Below the pieces are notes generated by a model that worked only from the letters and a program-made list of their open reading frames with translations, did not search any database and was not told the origin of the DNA. A program made the translations under genes and the position numbers. From NCBI GenBank assembly GCA_963661535.1, contig CAVLCC010000004.1, forward strand, positions 1 through 58,693: DNA of 58,693 nucleotides, given 5' to 3'. This document shows positions 45,840 through 55,384 of the stretch, one piece after another (the first letter of the stretch is position 1; every line of letters begins with the position of its first letter). This DNA is from Senegalimassilia sp. Lineage in GTDB: Bacteria > Actinomycetota > Coriobacteriia > Coriobacteriales > CADBOM01.

Positions 45840-48284
45840 GTGGCTAGACTTATGAAACTGAAGCTTGGACTCGAAGAACATCGCCAACTAGCAAATTCAG
45901 TAGAGCAGCTAGATAGACCCAGTTTGCCTGCAATGCTTATCCCCGTGGCCGCTCTTTGGATTTCTATTATGTTGTCTGAGGTAATTGCATGGCAAAGCAA
46001 TGTTTGCGAAGATGGATTGAGCGTTACACTGCTTGGCAATGTTTCGTTTAGCACAGTTTTATTGGCTTGTTTTATCTTTTTGATAATTGCGATATTTATT
46101 GGACTAGTAGTCTGGAAAAGAAGTGGTATTTCAATCGTACTCCTTATTTCAGCTGCTGCATGTTTGGGTTTATTTATTGGCGCACTTTATTGGAGCTCAA
46201 CGCTTAATATTATGAAAAGTGTGTCTAGCGAGGGAACATACAAAGTAGAAGTTATATCTGATAGCAATAATTCTTCTACAACTTCATGGTCTGAGGGCAA
46301 GATAATTAAAGACAATAATTCTAGTGTCTCAAATGCCAGCGTGCGCATTATATGGGATAGTGCAGATTCGGCTTTGCCACTAGGAACTTGCTTTTTAACA
46401 ACAGGCAAGTTCACACAAATTGGCAGCAAAGAAAAAAACCAAAGCAAGTTCCAAAGTGGAATAGTTGGAAATCTATATTCCAAAAAGATAAGCGAAACTG
46501 CGTGGTCACCATCTTTGCTAGGAACATTTGGTAGCATTAGACACCATTTTGCAACCCTTTTGCGCAAAAATACATCAGAGGGAGAAATCTTGCTCGAAGG
46601 AATTGTGCTTGGAAACAGGTCAAATCTTTCTGGCACCGAGCTAGACGAAGCTTTTAAGATAACGGGCTTGTCGCATTTGCTGGCGGTGTCTGGAAGTCAC
46701 CTAGCTATTGTTGCAATGATGGTAGCTTGGTTGCTCCAAAAAACAAAAGTCTCCAAGCGCGTATCAATAGTTGTTTTGTGCGTGCTAGTTATCTCATATT
46801 TAGTATTAACGGGAGTGCAACCATCAGCATTTCGTGCTTGCATTATGTCACTTGTTGGAAGTGCAGCATGGCTCTTTAGAAGACGCAAAAATTCTATGCC
46901 TGCGCTGTGTATTGCGGTCATGCTAATGTTGGTATTAGACCCCACAAATGCATTTTCTGTAGGATTTGGTCTTTCGGTTATGGGGGTGTTTGGAATATGC
47001 CTCTTTTTGCCGCTTGCACAAAAATGGCTAGAACAAATTTTTTCAAAGAAACTCGATGCAATTTCTCAACCTCTAGCAATGACTCTAGTGGCTCAAGCGT
47101 CCACATCACAAATTTCTGTTCCCATCTTTGGAATGTTTTCTTTGGTTGGACCTCTTGCTAATATAGTTGCAGGTCCTGTTATATCAATTTTGCTAGGTGC
47201 TGGCATCATTGCAATGCTAATTTGTGCAGTGTCTGAGCAGGTAGGGCAAATTCTCTTACACATCCTTTGTGCTTTATCCGATGTATTTTGCAAGACAGTA
47301 GAAGCAGTTTCGTCTTTGCCTCACGCTGCAATACCGGCTTATGTATCTTCTGCTGTGGCTTGGACAATTTTTGTTGTAGCTGTTGTTTTGCTATGGATAT
47401 TTTGGCCTAGCCCAAATAAACAAAATATAAAACGGGCGGGGTGTGGCATTGCTTGCATATGCGTCTTTGCTTTAGCGTTGTCTTTGTTGGGTCATGGAAC
47501 ACAGGTGGTGATGTTAGATGTAGGGCAAGGTGATGCAATTCTTGTACGCGATAAAAATACACAAATTTTGATAGACACCGGAAGAAGCGACACAAAACTA
47601 AGATCCGCTCTAGGGAGAAATAGAGTCTATCACCTAGATGCTGTGGTTTTAACACATTTTGACGACGACCATTGTGGCTCGCTAAGCGCACTTAAGTCTA
47701 TGGTAGATGTTGACAAAGTGGTTTTGGCTACAGGCTCAACTGAGTTTGCTAAAGATAATGCCTCGGGTGCTACTGCGATAGAAGCTGCAACCAAATTGGT
47801 TGGAGTCAACAATATAGTTGAAATTGCGTGTGGAAGCAAAATAAAAATTTCAAACAATCTTGGTCTAACAGCAGTTTGGCCGCAAACTGAAATTAAAGAG
47901 GGCGGCAACTCACAATCTTTATGCACAAAGCTTGAGTATGACTACAATCAAGACAACAAAACAGACTTCTCAATGTTATTAACAGGAGATGCAGAAAGCG
48001 AGGAGTTAGAAGAGATGATTAAGTCGGGGCTAGGACACATAGATGCACTAAAAGTTGGGCACCACGGGAGTGCTGTATCGGTTAGTTCAGAAACGCTAGA
48101 GTCTCTAGATCCATCCGTTGCTCTTATTAGTGTTGGCGCTGGGAATAGTTATGGGCACCCTAGCTCCAAAACACTAAACCTGCTTAACGAGCAAGATGTT
48201 AAGGTTTGGCGCACCGATCTTGATGGTGATATTACTTTGCAGCTTGCGCCATCGGGTTACCGCGTCTCATGTGCTAATATTTAA
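45840..48284 (+). CDS. comEC: ComEC/Rec2 DNA internalisation channel with metallo-beta-lactamase domain
   Basis: Competence domain (GLSHLLAVSGSHLAIV) and an MBL domain (VVMLDVGQGDAILV, HFDDDHCG, VGHHGS). The start is uncertain (GTG 45840 or ATG 45852). Confidence 0.9.
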   Translation: MARLMKLKLGLEEHRQLANSVEQLDRPSLPAMLIPVAALWISIMLSEVIAWQSNVCEDGLSVTLLGNVSFSTVLLACFIFLIIAIFIGLVVWKRSGISIVLLISAAACLGLFIGALYWSSTLNIMKSVSSEGTYKVEVISDSNNSSTTSWSEGKIIKDNNSSVSNASVRIIWDSADSALPLGTCFLTTGKFTQIGSKEKNQSKFQSGIVGNLYSKKISETAWSPSLLGTFGSIRHHFATLLRKNTSEGEILLEGIVLGNRSNLSGTELDEAFKITGLSHLLAVSGSHLAIVAMMVAWLLQKTKVSKRVSIVVLCVLVISYLVLTGVQPSAFRACIMSLVGSAAWLFRRRKNSMPALCIAVMLMLVLDPTNAFSVGFGLSVMGVFGICLFLPLAQKWLEQIFSKKLDAISQPLAMTLVAQASTSQISVPIFGMFSLVGPLANIVAGPVISILLGAGIIAMLICAVSEQVGQILLHILCALSDVFCKTVEAVSSLPHAAIPAYVSSAVAWTIFVVAVVLLWIFWPSPNKQNIKRAGCGIACICVFALALSLLGHGTQVVMLDVGQGDAILVRDKNTQILIDTGRSDTKLRSALGRNRVYHLDAVVLTHFDDDHCGSLSALKSMVDVDKVVLATGSTEFAKDNASGATAIEAATKLVGVNNIVEIACGSKIKISNNLGLTAVWPQTEIKEGGNSQSLCTKLEYDYNQDNKTDFSMLLTGDAESEELEEMIKSGLGHIDALKVGHHGSAVSVSSETLESLDPSVALISVGAGNSYGHPSSKTLNLLNEQDVKVWRTDLDGDITLQLAPSGYRVSCANI

Positions 48285-48326
48285 GCAACGCACACGTGCA
48301 TTTTAAATCAAGAAGAAAGACCTAAC

Positions 48327-49343
48327 TTGGCAAAAACATCTACAAAAAAGTCCGGTGCAAAAGCATCTGCGGAGTTGCTTCCAGTCTATCTTTTTGTGGG
48401 CAACGACCACTTAAAAAGAGAGGCTTTAGTCAAACGCATGCAAGAGCGTGTGGGCGAGTTGGGGGATTTAACGCTAAATCAGGCTTCGTTTTCGGCTCAA
48501 GATGTAGAGAGTCCAGAGTCTATATTGGCAGCGTGCACAACACTTCCGTTTTTGTCAGAAAAGCGTCTAGTTATCGTAAAAGATATAGAATTTGCCAACA
48601 AAGACTTGCTCACTGTTTTGGCTGACTATCTTGATAATCCATCCACAACAACTGTGTTGGTTATGATAGGAGATAAGCTAAATAAGGCAACTAAGTTGTA
48701 CAAAAAAATATCTGCTAACTTTCCTAAAGCTATTGTTTTGTGCGATGAAAAAACCAAGAAAAATGACATAGAGGGATTTATAAAAAGCCAGGTAGCCAGT
48801 GCTGGAGTTTCAATAGACATAGATGCCATAACTAGATTGCGCGAATTGGTTGGGACTTCATCAGTTGCTATTAACTCAGAGATTTCAAAACTTGTTGGAT
48901 ACATAACATCAAATCAACGCAGTTGCATCACTATGCAAGATGTTAATGCTATGGTAACAAGAAGAGAGCAACCAAAGCCGTGGGATTTAACAGATCCACT
49001 TTCAAGACGCAACATAAAAAGGGTTTTAGATGTTTTGTCTCAAATGGAAGATAAGGACAAACCTTTAGGACTCATGACAATGTGCACTAAACGTATGCGC
49101 GAGCTTTTGGTGGCAAAATCTCTAGAAATGCGACCTGGTTCTCCATCTGTGGCTGAGGTGCTAGGCGGAAATCCTTATGCATATCGCAATCACTTGCAGT
49201 TTAGCCGCAACTTTACCGAAGAAGAGCTCATAATGATCCTAAACAAAGCAGCCGACTGCGAAGAAATGATGAAAACAGGATATGACCCAACATACTGTTT
49301 TGAGATGTGGCTTATAGGAGTTTGTACTGGAGTTTGGGCATAG
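48327..49343 (+). CDS. holA: DNA polymerase III delta subunit
   Basis: TTG start. N-terminal LPVYLFVGNDHLKRE pattern, 338 aa, in the conserved position after comEC. Confidence 0.8.
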   Translation: MAKTSTKKSGAKASAELLPVYLFVGNDHLKREALVKRMQERVGELGDLTLNQASFSAQDVESPESILAACTTLPFLSEKRLVIVKDIEFANKDLLTVLADYLDNPSTTTVLVMIGDKLNKATKLYKKISANFPKAIVLCDEKTKKNDIEGFIKSQVASAGVSIDIDAITRLRELVGTSSVAINSEISKLVGYITSNQRSCITMQDVNAMVTRREQPKPWDLTDPLSRRNIKRVLDVLSQMEDKDKPLGLMTMCTKRMRELLVAKSLEMRPGSPSVAEVLGGNPYAYRNHLQFSRNFTEEELIMILNKAADCEEMMKTGYDPTYCFEMWLIGVCTGVWA

Positions 49344-49394
49344 GCAGGCATAGGGCGGATTATACATTTACTTATACGAAAGGAAGACCTAGTT

Positions 49395-50738
49395 ATGATT
49401 GAGAGATATACACGACCTGAGATGGGACACATATTTTCACTCAGCAACAAATATGAGGTCTGGAAAAAAATAGAGGTGCTCGCATGTGAGGCTCAAGCAG
49501 AACTTGGTCAGTGTGGCATTACAAAAGATGAAGCAAAATGGATTTCAGATCACGCGCAATTCTCAGAAGATCGCATAAGCGAGATAGAAAAAGTTACCAA
49601 TCATGATGTGATATCTTTTCTAACATCTATGGCTGAGTTTATCGATAAAGACTTGCCTCAAGGTTCAGAGCCTCCGAGCCGTTGGGTTCACTATGGAATG
49701 ACATCTTCAGATTTAGGAGACACCGCGCTTTGCTATCAAATAGTGCAAGCAGTTGATATAATTCTTCAAGATATTCGCAAACTTGGAAGTGCTTGTCGCG
49801 AAAAGGCGTTTGAATATAAAGACACGCTATGTGTTGGCCGCACACATGGAATACATGCAGAGCCAATGACATTTGGAATGAAATTTGGTGGCTGGGCATG
49901 GGCTCTAAAACGTTGCGAAACTTATATGCTAGAAGCTAGACAAACAATTGCAACAGGGGCAATTTCGGGTGCTGTGGGGTCGTATTCGAGCATTGATCCT
50001 TTTGTTGAGAAGTATGTGTGTGAAAAGCTTGGGCTTACTCCAGATCCCCTGTCTACGCAGGTAGTTTCTCGCGATAGGCACGCAAAAGTTGCAACGTCAC
50101 TTGCAACCACCGCAGCAGAGCTAGAGTCAATTGCAACTCAAATTAGGTTAATGCAACAAACTGATGTTATAGAAGCAGAGGAGCCATTTGCAAAGGGGCA
50201 AAAGGGTTCTTCGGCTATGCCTCATAAGCGCAATCCAATTACTGTTGAGCGCGTGTGCGGGCTTGCAAGAGTGGTAAAAGCTAATGCGCAGGTTGCCCTT
50301 GATAATGTGGCACTTTGGTATGAGCGAGACATTAGTCACTCAGGAACAGAGCGTGTGGCTCTAGCGGATAGTTTTATCGCACTAGACTATATGTTCTCAA
50401 AAATGCAGCCAATCATTGATAATTTGTTCGTTTATCCAAACAAGATGGAGCACAATCTTTGGCGCACACGCGGACTTATCTTTTCTTCTAAGGTTTTGCT
50501 AGCATTGGTTCAAACTGGAATAACACGCGAAGATGCCTATATAATTGTCCAGCGCAATGCGATGAGAGTATGGAGTGATATTCAAGAGGCAAAAGAGGGT
50601 AAAAGCTATCGTGAGCTTTTAGAAGAGGATCCAAAGTGTACACTTTCGTCTGAAGAATTAGATAAAATATTTGATCCGTGGGAGTTTTTGGGAAGAATTG
50701 ATATATTATTTAAAAGGCTCGAGGAGCTTGAGTTTTAG
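49395..50738 (+). CDS. purB: Adenylosuccinate lyase
   Basis: N-terminal MIERYTRPEMGHIFS, fumarate-lyase signature GSSAMPHKRNP, 447 aa. Confidence 0.95.
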   Translation: MIERYTRPEMGHIFSLSNKYEVWKKIEVLACEAQAELGQCGITKDEAKWISDHAQFSEDRISEIEKVTNHDVISFLTSMAEFIDKDLPQGSEPPSRWVHYGMTSSDLGDTALCYQIVQAVDIILQDIRKLGSACREKAFEYKDTLCVGRTHGIHAEPMTFGMKFGGWAWALKRCETYMLEARQTIATGAISGAVGSYSSIDPFVEKYVCEKLGLTPDPLSTQVVSRDRHAKVATSLATTAAELESIATQIRLMQQTDVIEAEEPFAKGQKGSSAMPHKRNPITVERVCGLARVVKANAQVALDNVALWYERDISHSGTERVALADSFIALDYMFSKMQPIIDNLFVYPNKMEHNLWRTRGLIFSSKVLLALVQTGITREDAYIIVQRNAMRVWSDIQEAKEGKSYRELLEEDPKCTLSSEELDKIFDPWEFLGRIDILFKRLEELEF

Positions 50739-50797
50739 ACTTTGTGTTTTTTATTTTTCTAGAAAAAGAAAATCCAACAAAATGAAAGGAAGCGATT

Positions 50798-51289
50798 ATG
50801 TCAAAGTATTCTGGAACTGTAAAAGGGTTAAACATTGCAGCGATAGTTGTATCAGGATTGTATTTACTTATGTTATTGATTTGCCTAGCTGCAGTTGTAG
50901 CTGCTTACAATAGCGGTGCAATGGATTATAGCTATACCTTTTCTAATGGTGTTAACTCTTATTCTAAGTCAGGAATCGTCGATGCTTCAAATCTGATTGT
51001 GCAATATGGTTACAATGTGATTGTTGGTACAATTATATTTTGCATAGTTTGTGCTGTTGTTTCTATAGTTGCGGCTATTATTGGAATAAGAAAATGCAAA
51101 CAACCAGATACTATTGGACCTGCATTTGCTATGGCAATTGTGGGCGCAGTATTAACTTTCTTCTCCTGCAATTTAGTTTCAATGGTTCTCCACATAATTG
51201 CAGCCGTGTTTTCTAATAAGGTCAAAAATGACACCGACATTCCTGCACAACAATACGCAGCAGCACAGCAAGGAAGCAATCAGTCTTAA
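50798..51289 (+). CDS. Hypothetical small membrane protein (about 4 TM helices)
   Basis: AAGGAAG SD. Four hydrophobic helices. Q/A-rich C-terminal tail. Confidence 0.65.
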   Translation: MSKYSGTVKGLNIAAIVVSGLYLLMLLICLAAVVAAYNSGAMDYSYTFSNGVNSYSKSGIVDASNLIVQYGYNVIVGTIIFCIVCAVVSIVAAIIGIRKCKQPDTIGPAFAMAIVGAVLTFFSCNLVSMVLHIIAAVFSNKVKNDTDIPAQQYAAAQQGSNQS

Positions 51290-51290
51290 T

Positions 51291-51605
51291 TTGAGAGAGT
51301 TTAAGGGTGCCCTAACAGAGCAATTCGTTGCTCAGCAGTTACTAAGCGAATCGGAGCTTGCTCCATACTATTGGTCTGCCGAAAATTCGAAAGGTGAAAT
51401 TGACTTTCTTGTGTGCGATAAACAGAAGATTTTTGCAATCGAAGTTAAAGCAGAAGAGAATTTAAAAACTAAAAGCTTAAGAGCATTTTCTATAAAAAAT
51501 GAGCACGTGCATGCACTGCGTTTTTCACTTTCAGAATATAGGAAGCAGGATTGGATGATTAACATTCCGTTATATGCAATTTCTAACAGAAACTTGTGGG
51601 AATAA
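51291..51605 (+). pseudogene. 3' remnant of an AAA/DUF4143-type ATPase gene (C-terminal ~105 codons only)
   Basis: LREFKGALTEQFVAQQLL...YYWSAENSKGEIDFLVCDKQKIFAIEVKAEENLKTKSLRAF aligns by eye with the C-terminus of the intact paralogue (IYENIVAQELAAQ..WYFSSAETGEVDFLIEAQGGKPLPIEVKSGKKIRAHAALDRL). No N-terminal P-loop part is present. The frame runs straight out of the end of the upstream membrane ORF. Confidence 0.6.
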
Positions 51606-51610
51606 CATAC

Positions 51611-51694
51611 TATTTGCCAATTTTTGCAGATTTGAGCCTATTTTATTTGCCAATTTTTGTAAAATAAGAGTAATCTTATTTGCCAATTTTTGTA
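51611..51694. repeat. Three 18-bp direct repeats TATTTGCCAATTTTTG(C/T)A spaced exactly 33 bp apart
   Basis: Copies at 51611-51628, 51644-51661 and 51677-51694. Copies 2 and 3 share 22 bp (ttatttgccaatttttgtaaa). The last copy ends 16 bp before the ATG at 51710. Confidence 0.9.
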
Positions 51695-51709
51695 AATATA
51701 GGTGTTTGT

Positions 51710-53062
51710 ATGCTAAAACGCAAGGTAACAGATAAACTTTTGTCATGGAAGCAAACTTCAAACAAGGCTCTTCTTATAACTGGAGCAAGACAAATTGGAA
51801 AAAGCTATGCAATACGCGAGTTTGCAAAACAAAATTATGCCTCCTATGTCGAAATAAATCTTCTAATAAATAAAGAGGCATACAATGCACTAAAAACCGC
51901 ATCTAATACATCTGATTTTATAAACCGAATTTTGCTTTTTTCAAAAGTGCCCTTAGCAGAGCATAATACGTTGATATTCATCGATGAAATTCAAGAATAT
52001 CCAGAAATCACAACAATAATTAAGGGTCTAGTAGAAGACGGACGCTATTCATATGTGTTTTCGGGTTCAATGCTCGGCACTCAGTTTAAAGGAATTAGTT
52101 CGTTTCCGGTAGGTTTTGTTGAAATGTTTACAATGCGTCCAATGGATTTTGAAGAATTTTGTTGGGCAGTTGGAGTTCGGGAAGAGCATATCCAAATTGC
52201 TAAAGAGTGTCTCGTTCAGCATAAAGAAGTTGAAGACTATATACACGATGCTTTAATTAAGAACTTTCGCGCATACATTGTGATAGGGGGTATGCCAGAG
52301 GTAGTTCAAAATTACTTAGACTCTGGTTATTCTCTTGCAAAAACACGTGAGCTGCAAAGTTCATTGGTTGAACAATATAAACAAGACATATCAAAATATG
52401 CAGGCACAAGGTCATTTGAAGTGCAGTCAATTTTTGATCGAATACAAGTGCAGCTTCAGTGCGAGTCGCATAGATTCTCAATTTCGTCTATGGACAAGAG
52501 CATGCGTTTTTCGTCAAACAATCAAGACTTCTTATGGCTTGCAAATGCTGGTGTGGGTCTTATGGTTTCACAAACAACGGAGGCAAAAACTCCACTTAGA
52601 AGCACTGAAAAGATATCAAAGTTTAAACTCTACCAGTCAGATACTGGAATGTTAGTTTCTAGATTTCCACAAAGTTTTGCAAGAGCAATTTATCTCGACT
52701 ACAAGTCTCCTAACTTAGGTGGAATTTATGAAAATATAGTAGCTCAAGAGTTGGCTGCACAAAATATTAAGTCGTGGTATTTCAGTTCTGCTGAGACCGG
52801 AGAGGTTGATTTTTTGATAGAAGCGCAAGGAGGCAAACCTCTCCCTATTGAAGTAAAGTCTGGCAAAAAAATACGAGCACACGCAGCACTTGACCGCTTA
52901 ATGAACATAGATGAGTACAAGCTTAGCCAAGCTATAGTTTTTTCTCGCAATAATTTTTCTCAATATGGCAAAATATTGTATCTGCCGTTTTATATGACGA
53001 TGTTTTTGAATGAGTTTATAGAGCAAGAAATCGACTTCATGATAGCTCCTTCAATTCCATAG
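51710..53062 (+). CDS. AAA-type ATPase with C-terminal DUF4143/restriction-endonuclease-like domain (COG1373-like)
   Basis: ORF opens at 51680, but the ATG at 51710 follows AGGTG. Walker A LITGARQIGKSYAI, Walker B LIFIDEIQ, C-terminal GEVDFLIE...IEVKSGK. Confidence 0.85.
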   Translation: MLKRKVTDKLLSWKQTSNKALLITGARQIGKSYAIREFAKQNYASYVEINLLINKEAYNALKTASNTSDFINRILLFSKVPLAEHNTLIFIDEIQEYPEITTIIKGLVEDGRYSYVFSGSMLGTQFKGISSFPVGFVEMFTMRPMDFEEFCWAVGVREEHIQIAKECLVQHKEVEDYIHDALIKNFRAYIVIGGMPEVVQNYLDSGYSLAKTRELQSSLVEQYKQDISKYAGTRSFEVQSIFDRIQVQLQCESHRFSISSMDKSMRFSSNNQDFLWLANAGVGLMVSQTTEAKTPLRSTEKISKFKLYQSDTGMLVSRFPQSFARAIYLDYKSPNLGGIYENIVAQELAAQNIKSWYFSSAETGEVDFLIEAQGGKPLPIEVKSGKKIRAHAALDRLMNIDEYKLSQAIVFSRNNFSQYGKILYLPFYMTMFLNEFIEQEIDFMIAPSIP

Positions 53063-53166
53063 TTATTTTTCTATGTGTCTTCGCGAGTTCACTTTATATA
53101 AACTAATTTTTTTTAAATATAACCGAGCAAAGTCAAAGCGCCAAGCACAAAAAATACTGGACGAAT

Positions 53167-53195
53167 AAGGAGCCTCGCGAGGCTCCTTTCTTTGC
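53167..53195 (+). terminator. Rho-independent terminator after the ATPase gene
   Basis: Perfect 22-bp palindrome aaggagcctcg/cgaggctcctt followed by tctttgc. Confidence 0.7.
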
Positions 53196-53227
53196 AGTAG
53201 CTTTGAGTGATAATGCCAAGATACCCA

Positions 53228-55264
53228 TCAAAATACATTGTTGTCGGCATTATCTCTCATGTCAGACAAGACTTCTCCCTCATACATAAAATATGCCGGA
53301 CCTTGATAAGAGGAGTTTTCGTTACCCGACAATATCGCAGCAAGTTTTGATAGAGAATAAATCTTGCCCTCATAAATTACACGAGTATCATTATATACCT
53401 CGGCAATTTTGCTAGGATCTTTTGTAAATGCAATTTCGTCTCCGGGCAAAAGACCAATCATACTAAATTGAAAACGCTTTTTCTTTTCCGTGTCGTCGGT
53501 ATATTCTAGGGGTTCTTTTTGATACTTTGCAGGTATGCTCCAAATTTCTACGCATTTACTAGCCAGATAGTTTCCTCTTTTTCTAATTGCAGATATTGTC
53601 CAAGATTGACTATCTGTTAAAGTGCGCGTTAAATAAAATCCAGAGTTTTGATACCATTGTTTTTTGTCTGCAAAAGCCCTGTTTTTCATCTCCGAATTAT
53701 GACTAGTGAGTGCAAGATTGCCTAGCTTATTCAAAAAGTCATCATGATACGAGACATCTTCACCCAAATCTTGCTCCCATTTATTATTTAAAATTTTTGG
53801 CATTATGTGTTCGATGGTTGTATTTGCATCGTTATATTCCGGTAAGCCTTTAGCACAGGGGAGGTGTTGCTCTAAAACATAAAACAAATATTTTGTGCTT
53901 TGTTGTTTTAGAACTTCAAAAATTGGTCTAGTTGTGAGAGCTTCAATAAATGTTTTGTCGGATGGAAACTCATATTTACCATTTCCAGATGTTATTGCTT
54001 TCCAAAACTCGTCTATCACATTTGATAGGTCAGAATCTGGAAGTTTTTGCAGCACATTGCCTGAGAATTGTCCATTAATTCCTGACTTCATTGAAACCTT
54101 TGCCCTAAAAACCAACGACAAACAAGCGTTTAACATCTCTAGTGTTTCTTTTTCGCTAATCTGTCCTTTTTGGAATTTCTCCATTATGTATAGAAGAATA
54201 GGCCTCGACGATTTTGACCCGTTAAGATTAACGATAGAATAAATTACTTGATCCATTTCGTTCATTTGTTTTAGATCTGTGCTGTAGTCGAAGATAAGCA
54301 TTTTATAGACGCACGCACGTTCATACATATCTTTGAGAACTTTTTCTGTAATCTCAAGGCTGCTTGTTTTGAGACCAGCTTTATCTGTCAAAGAATGATA
54401 ATAGTCTCTAAATGCGCTGTATAGATTTCTTTCGTTTATGTGCGCTCGGCGACCTCTAAGCATAATCGCATCGGATTTCTTCACATAAATTAGATAGTCA
54501 ACAAAGAACCGAACCATGTTTTCGGTGCCCACATTTTGCTCGATCTTAAACCAATATTCATCATATAGACGCACTTGATCTTTATACTCAAGGCTCATTA
54601 GGAGATAGTTTCGGAGCAAATCAACGTCTGTAAGGTCAAGTCCAGTGGAGTTTAGACTTTCAAATATTTCTTGAGGATTTTCGTCTTCTACATCTAGGTC
54701 AACAATAATTATGTTAACAAGAGACGAAACCAAATTTTCAATCTGACTAAAATCTAAACTGCTAACACACTCATAAAAGTATGCGTAGTTTTTATAAATG
54801 TGTGAATTAGCTGCATCTTCACTGATGTCGTCTGGTTGCGTGAATGTGTTATTTTCTAGAAGTTTGTTGTAAATCGCATCGTCTCTTTTATTAAGATGAA
54901 GCTTTACAATATGTTCAGGTTTAACGCCATAACCGCTATTGTGCAAAAAGTTTTCGTCGATGTATTTTTTGAAACCCGCATCGTCTACAAAGTCATAGAT
55001 TGCTTTTAAAAGTAGGGTCATGCTTGTTATGCGTTGCTGTCCATCAATAATAGTTTTTTCTCTGGAGTTTTGAGTTTTAGAACAAATAGTTCCTAAGAAG
55101 TGTGTTTTAGACGAGGGGGTATCTTGTGATAGATAGAGAATATCTTTGAATAGTTGCTTGCAATTTGTTTTATCCCAGTCGTAGTTTCTTTGATAGACAG
55201 GAATCATAAAATTTGTATTTGTGGCGCTGAGGTATTGCATAATGTTGTTTTTGCTAACGTCCAT
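53228..55264 (-). CDS. DUF262 + DUF1524 fusion protein (GmrSD-like type IV, modification-dependent restriction enzyme) with an extra C-terminal domain
   Basis: N-terminal FMIPVYQRNYDWDK and IIDGQQRITS (ParB/DUF262 NTPase-like). Later TIEHIMPK...LGNLALTSHNSEMKN (DUF1524 His-Me finger). About 100 further residues after about aa 575. The gene looks AT-richer than its neighbours. Confidence 0.85.
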   Translation of the reverse strand: MDVSKNNIMQYLSATNTNFMIPVYQRNYDWDKTNCKQLFKDILYLSQDTPSSKTHFLGTICSKTQNSREKTIIDGQQRITSMTLLLKAIYDFVDDAGFKKYIDENFLHNSGYGVKPEHIVKLHLNKRDDAIYNKLLENNTFTQPDDISEDAANSHIYKNYAYFYECVSSLDFSQIENLVSSLVNIIIVDLDVEDENPQEIFESLNSTGLDLTDVDLLRNYLLMSLEYKDQVRLYDEYWFKIEQNVGTENMVRFFVDYLIYVKKSDAIMLRGRRAHINERNLYSAFRDYYHSLTDKAGLKTSSLEITEKVLKDMYERACVYKMLIFDYSTDLKQMNEMDQVIYSIVNLNGSKSSRPILLYIMEKFQKGQISEKETLEMLNACLSLVFRAKVSMKSGINGQFSGNVLQKLPDSDLSNVIDEFWKAITSGNGKYEFPSDKTFIEALTTRPIFEVLKQQSTKYLFYVLEQHLPCAKGLPEYNDANTTIEHIMPKILNNKWEQDLGEDVSYHDDFLNKLGNLALTSHNSEMKNRAFADKKQWYQNSGFYLTRTLTDSQSWTISAIRKRGNYLASKCVEIWSIPAKYQKEPLEYTDDTEKKKRFQFSMIGLLPGDEIAFTKDPSKIAEVYNDTRVIYEGKIYSLSKLAAILSGNENSSYQGPAYFMYEGEVLSDMRDNADNNVF

Positions 55265-55384
55265 GTTGAGCTCCTGTTGTTGTAAGGGTGTTTGGATGCG
55301 ATTTTTGCTACAGATATTTTAAACCATAAATTTGAATGTGCGTTTTGCATGTATAAAGTTTTGTATGTTGTTTGCATGCAAATG

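Noticed and set aside
51198-51290. 5' part of ORF 51198..51605 overlapping the membrane-protein gene
   Set aside because: Homology to the DUF4143-type ATPase C-terminus only begins after about 51291. The upstream 30 codons are out-of-frame read-through of the 50798 gene, so I treat the whole ORF as a remnant rather than a live gene.
51570-51761. ORF 51570..51761 (-), 63 aa
   Set aside because: It is the antisense translation of the three 18-bp repeats (LQKLANKI x3). It overlaps the ATPase gene start and has no SD.
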